A stretch of 64,000 nt of DNA, from NCBI GenBank assembly GCA_963771415.1, contig CAVYTI010000004.1, positions 822,723 to 886,722 on the forward strand, given 5' to 3'. Shown piece after piece: positions 56,652 to 64,000 of this stretch (the stretch's first letter is position 1; every line of letters begins with the position of its first letter). A program made the translations under genes and the position numbers. The notes below the pieces were generated by a model. It did no database searches and was not told the origin of the DNA. It was given only the letters and a program-made list of their open reading frames with translations. This stretch comes from an uncultured Acidobacteriota bacterium (lineage in GTDB: Bacteria > Acidobacteriota > Vicinamibacteria > Vicinamibacterales > 2-12-FULL-66-21).

Positions 56652-57441
56652 TCAGCGCGGCGTCGCGCCGGTCGGCACAGTGAACGTCCGGTTCACCACC
56701 TCGCCGGTGCGACCCAGCACACCCTGATCCTGACCGGCGAGCATCACCCGCACGGCGCTCGCATCACCGGCGCGGATGGCGATCGTGCGGCGTGCCTTGA
56801 GAGGAATGCGCTCGTTCGCCGGGTACCTCGCGCTCGATTGTGCGCTCTCCGTCAACCGTAACGCGCAGCCACACCGGACGCAGCGTCACGATCTCCGCCT
56901 GGGGCGGCGGTCCCTGGCTCGCGGCCGGCGCCGGCGGGGTCGTCTGAGGGGTTGTCACGGTGGGGGCCGCGGACGCGGGTATCGAGGACGAGGGTGTCGG
57001 CGGGGCCGCGCCCCTGCCTCGGATGGCCAGCACGACGACCAGAGCAATCACGAAGACGATGGCGCCGAGCCCGGCGACGAGAGCGCCGAGGCCGAGACGG
57101 CGGCCCCGCACGCGAACGGCCGTCGGCGTGGCGGCTGCGGGTGCCGGAGGTGACGGCTCCACGTTCGCCGCGGCCGCGGCCGGCGCCGCGCCCGGCTGGG
57201 AAACCGAGCGTGTGGACGCCGCGGCGGCGACCGAGGGCGGCTTCACGGTGGGGCCCGCTGTGGCGGGTGCCAGAGCGTGTCCAACGGGCTCGGGGTCCCT
57301 GAACCCGCGAACGAACGCGTCGAACTCGGCGACGGTCTCGCCGCGCTGCCGGCGCGATTCGCGGATGGCGCGCTGCAGGCGCTCCAGCTCCTCGAGCGCT
57401 GCCTGCTCGTCGAAGGACGAACCGCTCGTTTCAGATCTCAT
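56652..57441 (-). pseudogene. membrane protein with RodZ C-terminal-like (DUF4115) domain, interrupted by one extra base near 56824 (as sequenced)
   Basis: Track ORF 56764..57507 (from ATG 57441) gives MRSETSGSSFDEQAALEELERLQRAIRESRR..., a Pro/Ala-rich linker, TM LGLGALVAGLGAIVFVIALVVVLAI, ...VWLRVTVDGERTIEREV. Track ORF 56652..56855 (+1 frame) continues PANERIPLKARRTIAIRAGDASAVRVMLAGQDQGVLG... Confidence 0.75.
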
Positions 57442-57506
57442 GGTCACTGGTTGCTCGTCTGTTCCACGTTCGGTGTCAAGCCGAGGATAATACGATCGAG
57501 GACACA

Positions 57507-58082
57507 ATGGCAGCGCTGATTGAAGCGATCGCGGTCAAGCGGAAAATGTACTTCGAGTACGAGAACGCGCCCTATCACTGCCTCGACGTCGAGGTGTCGA
57601 AGCCGACGGCCCGAGGCGGGCAGACGCTCGTGCGCCTGAAGATGCGCAACCTGCTGACCCGCGCGGTCTTCGATCGCACCTTCAAGGCCGGAGAGAAGTT
57701 CAAGGAGCCCGACCTCTCCGTGGTGTCGGCCTCCTACCTCTACGCCGATGGTGACGGATGTCACTTCATGGACCAGGAGTCGTACGAAACGCTGACCCTC
57801 GGCGCCGACGTGCTCGGCGAGGATCGGCAGCTGCTCGTGGACAACATCCTCGTCCAGATTCAGAAATACAACGGCAGCCCGATCGGCTTGCAGCTTCCCC
57901 CCCACGTCGAGCTGACCGTCGTCTCGACCGAGCCCGGGGTGCGCGGCGATACGGCCAGCGGGAGCGTGACAAAGCTCGCGACGCTCGAGTCCGGCCTGGA
58001 GATTCGCGTTCCGCTGTTCATCAAGGAAGGCGAAAAGGTCAAGGTGCACACGGAGACGCGGGAGTTTGCCGGCCGCGCGTAA
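57507..58082 (+). CDS. efpL: elongation factor P-like protein, EfpL (YeiP) subtype
   Basis: 191 aa. The loop region DVEVSKPTARGGQTLVRLKMRNL resembles E. coli YeiP [20 protein letters not shown] rather than the EF-P KPGKGQA loop. The C-terminus KVKVHTETREFAGRA compares with YeiP KIRIHIEERRYMGRAD. Confidence 0.8.
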   Translation: MAALIEAIAVKRKMYFEYENAPYHCLDVEVSKPTARGGQTLVRLKMRNLLTRAVFDRTFKAGEKFKEPDLSVVSASYLYADGDGCHFMDQESYETLTLGADVLGEDRQLLVDNILVQIQKYNGSPIGLQLPPHVELTVVSTEPGVRGDTASGSVTKLATLESGLEIRVPLFIKEGEKVKVHTETREFAGRA

Positions 58083-58138
58083 CGGTCCCTGAGCGTGCTA
58101 TTCTGGCTGGAGACCGTCGCCTGTTCGAGAGCGGCGTC

Positions 58139-58204
58139 AAAAAAAGGCTCCTAGCAACCACGTCCCGAGACCTCGGGGCACACCATATGGTTGCGGCCGG
58201 GAGG
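58139..58204 (-). terminator. candidate intrinsic terminator for minus-strand transcripts (long interrupted stem followed by U7)
   Basis: On the minus strand, CTCC..GCAACCA [inner hairpin CCCGAG/CTCGGG] TGGTTGC..GGAG is followed by CC and TTTTTTT (the plus-strand A-run at 58139-58145). Confidence 0.5.
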
Positions 58205-58261
58205 TGCATGCATGGCAAACACTACGGGGAGTCGCAGCTGAGACTCCCACGATGAAGGGAA

Positions 58262-58294
58262 ACGGCCGGCGGTCACACGCCGGCCGTTTTTCTT
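58262..58294 (+). terminator. intrinsic terminator (plus strand); the stem could also act weakly for yciI on the minus strand
   Basis: ACGGCCGGCG (58262-58271), GTCACA loop, CGCCGGCCGT (58278-58287), then TTTTCTT. Confidence 0.7.
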
Positions 58295-58303
58295 GTACGG
58301 GGC

Positions 58304-58669
58304 CTACCGCGCGGTCGCGACGGGAACTTCCATCACCGGTCGGACCTCGATCGTGCCAACCCGGGCGCCCGGGATCCGGGCGGCAATCGAGATCGCCTCG
58401 TCAAGGTCCTTGGCATCCACCAGGTAGTAGCCGCCGAGCTGTTCGCGGGTCTCGGCAAAGGGGCCATCGGTCACCGTCCGTTTACCGGCCCGCACCTTCA
58501 CGCTGGTCGCGGTGGGGGTCGGCTGCAGGGGGGCGCCGGCGTGATAGTGGCCGCTCGTCTTGATGTCCTGGGTGAACGTCATATATTCCCCGAACATCTT
58601 CTGGCGCTCGGCGTCGGGCATGGCTCCCCACGCCTTTTCGTCTTCGTAAATCAGCAACATGTATTTCAT
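58304..58669 (-). CDS. YciI/DGPF family protein
   Basis: MKYMLLIYEDEKAWGAMPDAERQKMFGEYMTFTQDIKTSGHY...VTDGPFAETREQLGGYYLVDAKDLDEAISIAARIP is the canonical YciI-like sequence. Confidence 0.9.
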   Translation of the reverse strand: MKYMLLIYEDEKAWGAMPDAERQKMFGEYMTFTQDIKTSGHYHAGAPLQPTPTATSVKVRAGKRTVTDGPFAETREQLGGYYLVDAKDLDEAISIAARIPGARVGTIEVRPVMEVPVATAR

Positions 58670-58744
58670 GTCTGCCTCCTGCCGTAGAAACGAATGGCCG
58701 CACCGCCAATCGACAGCGTGCCGCGAAAATATTTAACATCGATC

Positions 58745-60019
58745 ATGGCTCCGGACGACACCGCCGAGGTGGTGGCCCAGGTCTACCGCGCCGACTGGGG
58801 CCGAATCGTGGCAACCCTGATCCGTCAGATTGGCGACTTCGATCTGGCCGAAGAGGTCGCCCAGGAGGCGTTCGTCACCGCGCTGGACTCCTGGCGGACC
58901 GCCGGGGTGCCGGAATTCCCGAGGGCGTGGATCGTCCAGACGGCGCGGAACCGGGCCATCGATCGCTTCCGCCGCCAGGCCCGGCTGCAGCGGAAGCTGC
59001 AGGAGCTGGCCTGGGACCCGCTCGCCTCTCAGGGTGTGGTACGACCGTTCGAGCTCGACGAATCCGACGGCGAGGAGATCCCGGACGACCGGCTGCGCTT
59101 GATCTTCACTTGCTGTCACCCGGCGCTTCCCCAGGACGCGCAGGTGGCCCTGACGCTGCGTACTCTGTGCGGTCTCGAGACGGATGAAATCGCGCGCGCC
59201 TTCCTGGTGTCCCCGGTCACCATGGCGCAACGCCTCGTCCGCGCCAAGCACAAAATCAGGAGTGCCGGCATCCCCTATTCGATCCCCGACATCGGCGACC
59301 TGCCCGATCGGATCGACGCTGTGCTGACCGTCATCTATCTCGTCTTCACCGAAGGCTATGCGGCTACGCGGGGCGAGCCGCTCGTCCGTCACGATCTGTG
59401 TGCGGAAGCCATCCGCCTCGGCCGTCTGGTGCGATCGCTGATGATGCCGTCGCCTCCCTCGGAAGTCACCGCGCTCCTCGCGCTGATGCTGCTGCACGAC
59501 TCGCGTCGGGCCGCGCGCCTCGATGCGGGCGGCGATGTCGTCACGCTTGAGGAGCAGGACAGAAACCTGTGGGATACCGATCAGATTGCCGAGGCGCTGC
59601 CGCTCGTGGACGAAGGGCTGCGCGGCGGACCCGGCCCCTTCGCCCTTCAGGCCGCCATCGCGGCGCTGCATTGTCAGGCGCGCCAGGGGAACACCGACTG
59701 GCCGCAGATCGCGCGGCTCTACCGAGTCCTCGAGCGCGTACAGCCGTCACCGGTGGTGTCGCTCAACGGCGCGGTCGCCGTAGCCATGGCCGATGGCATC
59801 GATCGCGGCCTCGCGCTGATCGACCAACTGGCGGCTGCAGGAACCCTCGAGGACTACCATCTCCTTCACGCCGCCCGCGCCGACCTGCTGCGACGCACCG
59901 GTGCCCACGCGGCCGCCGCGCGAAGCTACGAGCGGGCGCTGGCGCTGGCCGGCAACGAAAGCGAGCGCCGCTTCCTCGAAAAGCGCCTGCAGGAGGTTCG
60001 CGCCTCGAGCGGCGCCTAG
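58745..60019 (+). CDS. ECF sigma factor with long C-terminal TPR-like extension (the DGPF-associated type, ECF42-like)
   Basis: VYRADWGRIVATLIRQIGDFDLAEEVAQEAFVTAL is region 2. ALTLRTLCGLETDEIARAFLVSPVTMAQRLVRAK is region 4. A helical extension of about 230 aa follows. It is divergent from the yciI-like gene. Start at ATG 58745. Confidence 0.85.
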   Translation: MAPDDTAEVVAQVYRADWGRIVATLIRQIGDFDLAEEVAQEAFVTALDSWRTAGVPEFPRAWIVQTARNRAIDRFRRQARLQRKLQELAWDPLASQGVVRPFELDESDGEEIPDDRLRLIFTCCHPALPQDAQVALTLRTLCGLETDEIARAFLVSPVTMAQRLVRAKHKIRSAGIPYSIPDIGDLPDRIDAVLTVIYLVFTEGYAATRGEPLVRHDLCAEAIRLGRLVRSLMMPSPPSEVTALLALMLLHDSRRAARLDAGGDVVTLEEQDRNLWDTDQIAEALPLVDEGLRGGPGPFALQAAIAALHCQARQGNTDWPQIARLYRVLERVQPSPVVSLNGAVAVAMADGIDRGLALIDQLAAAGTLEDYHLLHAARADLLRRTGAHAAAARSYERALALAGNESERRFLEKRLQEVRASSGA

Positions 60020-60648
60020 CGCCGGCGATCCTCGAAGCGCTCGATCGTCTCGTACGGGATTTCCTCGAACGGCGGCAGACCAGCCAGCCGGACGATCTCC
60101 AGCAGGCCGCTCCGCTCGTGGAACTCCTTGCCATCGCGATCGATCACGATGGTATCGGCGTAGAGCGGCGCCAGCCGCCGAAACTCGTCGTCGATGAGAC
60201 GGAAGCGTCGGACCATGTTCTCGACGTCCTCGTGCGGACGGCTCCGGAGCCTGATGTGTTTCTCGATCGTGTCGAGACCGGAGGTGAGCACGATCACCTT
60301 GTCCGGCTTCCAACCATCACCGAGGGTCAGAACCTTGCGCAGCTCTTGGTGATACTCGACCGGATACTCGGCCATGTGCGCTTCCAACGTAATTCGCGCC
60401 CCCTCGAAGAAGATCACTTTGTCCGGCCGATCGCGATCGGCCGCGTCGCGATAGTTGGCGTCGTAGAGGCGGGCGAAATAGGCCGTCACGCCCACCGGGT
60501 TGCGGCCGGCCTCGATATCGATCAGCACGTCGGGGTGCCAGACGCCCTTCTCACCCTCTCCGTAGGACCCGTGACGGTAGAGGTCGCCGAGCTGCCGGAG
60601 CAGGGTGCTCTTGCCGATGCCGGGCCCACCGACGATCGCGACGCGCAT
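60016..60648 (-). CDS. P-loop NTPase (nucleoside/nucleotide kinase-like)
   Basis: MRVAIVGGPGIGKSTLLRQLG is the Walker A motif. The size and layout resemble small kinases. No finer assignment is possible. Confidence 0.6.
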   Translation of the reverse strand: MRVAIVGGPGIGKSTLLRQLGDLYRHGSYGEGEKGVWHPDVLIDIEAGRNPVGVTAYFARLYDANYRDAADRDRPDKVIFFEGARITLEAHMAEYPVEYHQELRKVLTLGDGWKPDKVIVLTSGLDTIEKHIRLRSRPHEDVENMVRRFRLIDDEFRRLAPLYADTIVIDRDGKEFHERSGLLEIVRLAGLPPFEEIPYETIERFEDRRR

Positions 60649-60684
60649 GGTCGGTCAATCCTACCGGAAGATACGCGGTAATCT

Positions 60685-61782
60685 GTGCGCTCGATGCCGA
60701 CGCCGCTGTCACCCACCGCTATCGTCACCCGACGCCTGCACAACCAGCGGTTGCTCGGGCCGACTCGCGATCCCGGAGAGGTCGTTGCCTGGTTGGGAGC
60801 GGTGCAGGCGCAGGACTATTCCGGGGCCAAATGGGCCCTCGGATTGCGCACGACCGCGGCCACCGACACCGTCGTCGAACAGGCGTTCATCGAAGGGCGG
60901 ATTCTCCGCACCCATGTCCTCCGGCCGACGTGGCACTTCGTTCCGCCGGCCGACATCCGCTGGATGCTCACGCTCAGCGCGCCACGAGTCCAGGCCGCGA
61001 GCGGATCGGTCTATCGCCTGTGTGAGCTCGACCCTCGGACGTTCTCGCGCAGCCATGCCGCCATCGAGCGGGCGCTTCGCGGCGGACGGTTTCTGACTCG
61101 CACCGAGCTGAGCGTCGCGCTTGCTCGCGCCGGTATCACCGCCGATGGAGTCCGGCTCGCGTACATCGTGATGTGCGCGGAACTTGAAGGGATCATCTGC
61201 AGCGGCCCCAGACGAGGCAAACAGTTTACTTATGCGCTGCTCGACGAACGTGTCACACCCTCGCCGACTTTGACGCGGGACGAGGCGCTCTTCGAGCTCA
61301 CCCGCCGCTACTTCCTGAGCAGAGGGCCGGCCACGGTGCGCGACTACGTCTGGTGGTCGGGCCTGACCGTTCGCGAAGCGCGTGCGGGCATCGACATGGT
61401 CGGCTCGGCGCTGACGTCTGAAGTGGTGAAGGGTCGAACATATTGGTTCGCCCCCTCACGGGTGCCCCGGGACGGTCCGTCGAGGACGTTCCTGTTGCCC
61501 AACTACGACGAGTTCGGCATCGCCTATCGCGACCGCGAGGTTCTTCCCTCGCTGCCACCCAAGCGCCGGATGCGCCCGGCGGACATCTTTGCCCATCTGC
61601 TGGTGATCGATGGAGAACTGGTCGGACGCTGGAAGCGCCAGGTACTCACCAACCGCGTCATCATCGAAGCACAGCCGTTCAGACGTCTGACGGGGCGCGA
61701 AATCGCCGCGCTGCGAACGGCGGCGGAGAAGTACGCCGCCTTCCTGCAGGTGGAGGCGGCGCTGACAGTCACGAGTCTCTAG
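60685..61782 (+). CDS. winged-helix DNA-binding domain protein of the YcaQ/AlkZ-like DNA glycosylase family
   Basis: RRLHNQRLLGP...VVAWLGAVQAQDYSGAKWALGLR...ILRTHVLRPTWHFVPPADIRWML... has the QxQ motif and overall layout of the DUF1006/YcaQ family. Confidence 0.75.
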   Translation: MRSMPTPLSPTAIVTRRLHNQRLLGPTRDPGEVVAWLGAVQAQDYSGAKWALGLRTTAATDTVVEQAFIEGRILRTHVLRPTWHFVPPADIRWMLTLSAPRVQAASGSVYRLCELDPRTFSRSHAAIERALRGGRFLTRTELSVALARAGITADGVRLAYIVMCAELEGIICSGPRRGKQFTYALLDERVTPSPTLTRDEALFELTRRYFLSRGPATVRDYVWWSGLTVREARAGIDMVGSALTSEVVKGRTYWFAPSRVPRDGPSRTFLLPNYDEFGIAYRDREVLPSLPPKRRMRPADIFAHLLVIDGELVGRWKRQVLTNRVIIEAQPFRRLTGREIAALRTAAEKYAAFLQVEAALTVTSL

Positions 61783-61920
61783 TCCTTCGTCCCGGGTCGC
61801 TGATCCTCGGTCCCGGCCTTCGTCCTGAGTCCTGCATCCGCGTCCCAGGTCCATCGTCGCAAAAGTGTCCCCACGACTACGGACCGAGGACTGAGGACGA
61901 GCGACCAGGGACGAAGGACT
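61781..61920. repeat. 140-bp imperfect inverted repeat built of GTCC/GGAC words, between convergent genes
   Basis: The left arm is AGTCCTTCGTCCCGGGTCGCTGATCCTCGGTCC (61781-61813). The reverse complement of the right arm (61881-61920) is AGTCCTTCGTCCCTGGTCGCTCGTCCTCAGTCCTCGGTCC. Confidence 0.7.
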
Positions 61921-61932
61921 GGAGACTAATGA

Positions 61933-64000
61933 CTACTCATACCGCAGTGCCAGGATTGGATCGATCCTGCTAGCGCGGCGCGCGGGGATGACGCCGGCCG
62001 CGGACGACACCAGGGTCAACAGCAGCATCGTCCAGATCGCGATGCTCGGATCGCGGGGCTGAATTCCGAACAACTGCGTCGAGACGAACCGGCCCAGGGC
62101 GAATGCGGCGGGAAGGCCGATGGCGAGGCCGATCCCGAGCAGCAGCAGGACCTCCCGCATCACGCTCCAGATGACCCAACCTGGTTGCGCGCCGAGCGCC
62201 AGGCGGATTCCCAACTCCTTCTTGCGCCGCGCGACGACGAAGGCCATCACCCCGTACAGTCCGATCGAGGCGAGTAACGTGGCGAGCAGGCCAAAGCCTG
62301 CCGACAGCGAGGCGATTAACCGATCGGTGAGCAATGTTTCGTCGAGCTGCCCCTCGACGGTCTTCATCGAGTACACCGGCATGGCCGAGTCGAGCTGCTT
62401 GACCTCGTTGCGGATCAGGCCATAAGCCGCGCTCGAGCTGTTGTACGTCCGCACGTAGAAGACCACGCTTCCCCGGCCCCAGTTCGGCACGAAGACCTGG
62501 CGGCGGACGCCTTCCCGCGGTCCTTCATATAGGGAGTCGGCGACGACGCCGATGATCTCCACGTCCAGCTTTGTCGTTGGCCCACTGCCGCGGCCGAGAT
62601 GTTTGCCGAGCGCGCTGCCTCTGGGAAAGAAATGTTCAGCGAAGTGCCGGTTGACAATCGCCACGTGACTGTTCTCGGTGAGGTCCTTCTGCTCGAAGTC
62701 GCGTCCCTCGAGGATGGGCACGTGCATCGTCTCGAAGTAACCCGGCGACAGGGCGTTCATGAACGCCTGCATGTCTTCGCCGTCAGCCGATTGATGTCCT
62801 TCGACGCTCGTGGAGCTGTCCCACTCGTCGCCGCTCAGAATCGGCACGGCCGCCATTGCCGCTGATTTGATGCCGGGAGCGGCTCGCAGCCGCTCGAGAA
62901 GTTGACGATTGAAGAGGACCGCCCGCGGATCGTCGTAGCCGCTCAGCGCCGGCGAGAGCTGGAAGGTGACGAGGTTGTCGAGGGCCACGCCGGTGTCGGT
63001 CGTCTTCAGGTTCTGCAGGCTGCGCACGAACAGCCCGGCACCGAACAGCAGGAGGAAACTGAGCGCCACCTGGGCGGTCACGAGCCCCTTGCGGAGGATG
63101 AGCGAACCGCCAGTGCCGGCGATCGAACCCATCGTGTCCTTCAACGTGGTCCACGGGTCGGGCCGACTCGCGCGCATCGCCGGCAGCAGGCCAAAGACGA
63201 TCGACGTGACAAACGTCAGCACCAGCGTGAAGAGCAGGATCCGCATGTCCGGGCTGGCGGTAATCAGGAGCGGTTGCCCCTGCGAGGGGATCAGCGCGAG
63301 CAGGCCGCGGGTGAGCACGACGGCAAGGCCGAGCCCGACGAGGCCGCCGGCGGTCGAGAGGACCAGGCTCTCGACGAGCAGCTGTCGAACCAGGCGGCCA
63401 CGCGACGCGCCCAGCGACAGCCGCATCGCAATCTCCTTCTGGCGCATGAACGCCCGCGCGATCAGCAGGTTGGCGACGTTGGCGCAGGCGATCAGGAGCA
63501 CCAGGCCGACCATGCACATCAGGACGATCAACGCGGTGGAGAAATCATTGCGAAGGCCGGAGAAGCCCATCGCCGCGCTCTCCACGAGAAGGCGGCCCTT
63601 CATGAACTGCTCGCGCGAGTACTTCGACCAGTCCTTTGCCGCCGGCAGCGTCATCTCGTAAGCGCGAACCTGGGTGAAGAGGCCCTGCAAGGGTGCCTGC
63701 GCGGATTCGACGGTATATCCGGGCTTGAGACGGCCGAACACCTGCACCCATCGAGTGCGGCGGTCGTCCATGTGCACCCATTCCCAGTCGGGCACCATGG
63801 TCGGCTTCATCAGGATCGGCACGCGAATGTCCGGCGACTGTGCCGGATCGATGCCGGCGAATCCCCGGGCCGACACGCCGACGATGATCATCGGGTAGTT
63901 GTTGACGAGGATCTTCTTGCCGATGACCGCCGGATCGTTGGCGAACCGGCTGGTCCAGTAGCCGTAGCTCAGAACGACGACGGGATGACCCTGGTAGACC
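61933..64000 (-). CDS. ADOP-type duplicated MacB/FtsX orphan permease (5' end lies beyond the right edge of the window)
   Basis: Track ORF 61933..63891. The frame stays open to position 64000 (...VYQGHPVVVLSYGYWTSRFANDPAVIGKKILVNNYPMIIVGVSARGF...). Two FtsX modules; C-terminus IPARRASRIDPILALRYE. Confidence 0.88.
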   Translation of the reverse strand, partial: VYQGHPVVVLSYGYWTSRFANDPAVIGKKILVNNYPMIIVGVSARGFAGIDPAQSPDIRVPILMKPTMVPDWEWVHMDDRRTRWVQVFGRLKPGYTVESAQAPLQGLFTQVRAYEMTLPAAKDWSKYSREQFMKGRLLVESAAMGFSGLRNDFSTALIVLMCMVGLVLLIACANVANLLIARAFMRQKEIAMRLSLGASRGRLVRQLLVESLVLSTAGGLVGLGLAVVLTRGLLALIPSQGQPLLITASPDMRILLFTLVLTFVTSIVFGLLPAMRASRPDPWTTLKDTMGSIAGTGGSLILRKGLVTAQVALSFLLLFGAGLFVRSLQNLKTTDTGVALDNLVTFQLSPALSGYDDPRAVLFNRQLLERLRAAPGIKSAAMAAVPILSGDEWDSSTSVEGHQSADGEDMQAFMNALSPGYFETMHVPILEGRDFEQKDLTENSHVAIVNRHFAEHFFPRGSALGKHLGRGSGPTTKLDVEIIGVVADSLYEGPREGVRRQVFVPNWGRGSVVFYVRTYNSSSAAYGLIRNEVKQLDSAMPVYSMKTVEGQLDETLLTDRLIASLSAGFGLLATLLASIGLYGVMAFVVARRKKELGIRLALGAQPGWVIWSVMREVLLLLGIGLAIGLPAAFALGRFVSTQLFGIQPRDPSIAIWTMLLLTLVSSAAGVIPARRASRIDPILALRYE

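Noticed and set aside
58083-58260. Riboswitch (TPP because of CTGAGA; guanidine-I because of CGAGAG and CCGGGAG)
   Set aside because: The motifs are isolated and in the wrong order and spacing relative to the known consensus structures. The element is followed by a terminator and no downstream gene on that strand.

Overview
High-GC window (about two-thirds G+C by eye, not computed) that looks like chromosomal DNA of an Acidobacteriota-type organism. The evidence for that taxon is four ADOP-type duplicated MacB/FtsX orphan permeases (one behind a PadR regulator), a TIGR03436-like VWFA protein, a CarboxypepD_reg-type TonB-dependent receptor and a TIGR03118 protein. I can support about 55 protein genes. 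I recognised no rRNA, tRNA, CRISPR array, transposase, integrase or phage genes. Recognisable genes include xth, hrpB, glnS, an EfpL/YeiP-type EF-P paralogue, pilT, bshB1-bshA, an ECF sigma plus Ser/Thr kinase pair, a YciI plus ECF sigma pair, an OmpR-type two-component system, an HD-GYP plus PilZ pair, a GMC dehydrogenase pair and a Ula/HPS-like sugar-phosphate operon. Three points stand out. (1) A translationally coupled minus-strand operon (34852-42913) joins a PspA/IM30 (bacterial ESCRT-III) protein to a classical-clade, Vps4-like AAA+ ATPase. The same operon carries an ABC importer whose substrate-binding protein is membrane-anchored and fused to an OmpA-like peptidoglycan-binding domain, a vWA lipoprotein and two unknown proteins. 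I do not recognise this as a described Psp architecture, and it is my best candidate for a novel system. (2) Nine otherwise intact genes, including essential glnS, are interrupted at ten sites, always by one extra base (+1). This creates artefacts such as the 1655-aa ORF in the track, and it most likely reflects systematic insertion errors in the sequence rather than biology. (3) Several short intergenic repeat families and twin palindromic operators are present. Many long ORFs in the track are antisense or shadow ORFs typical of high-GC DNA and were not called.
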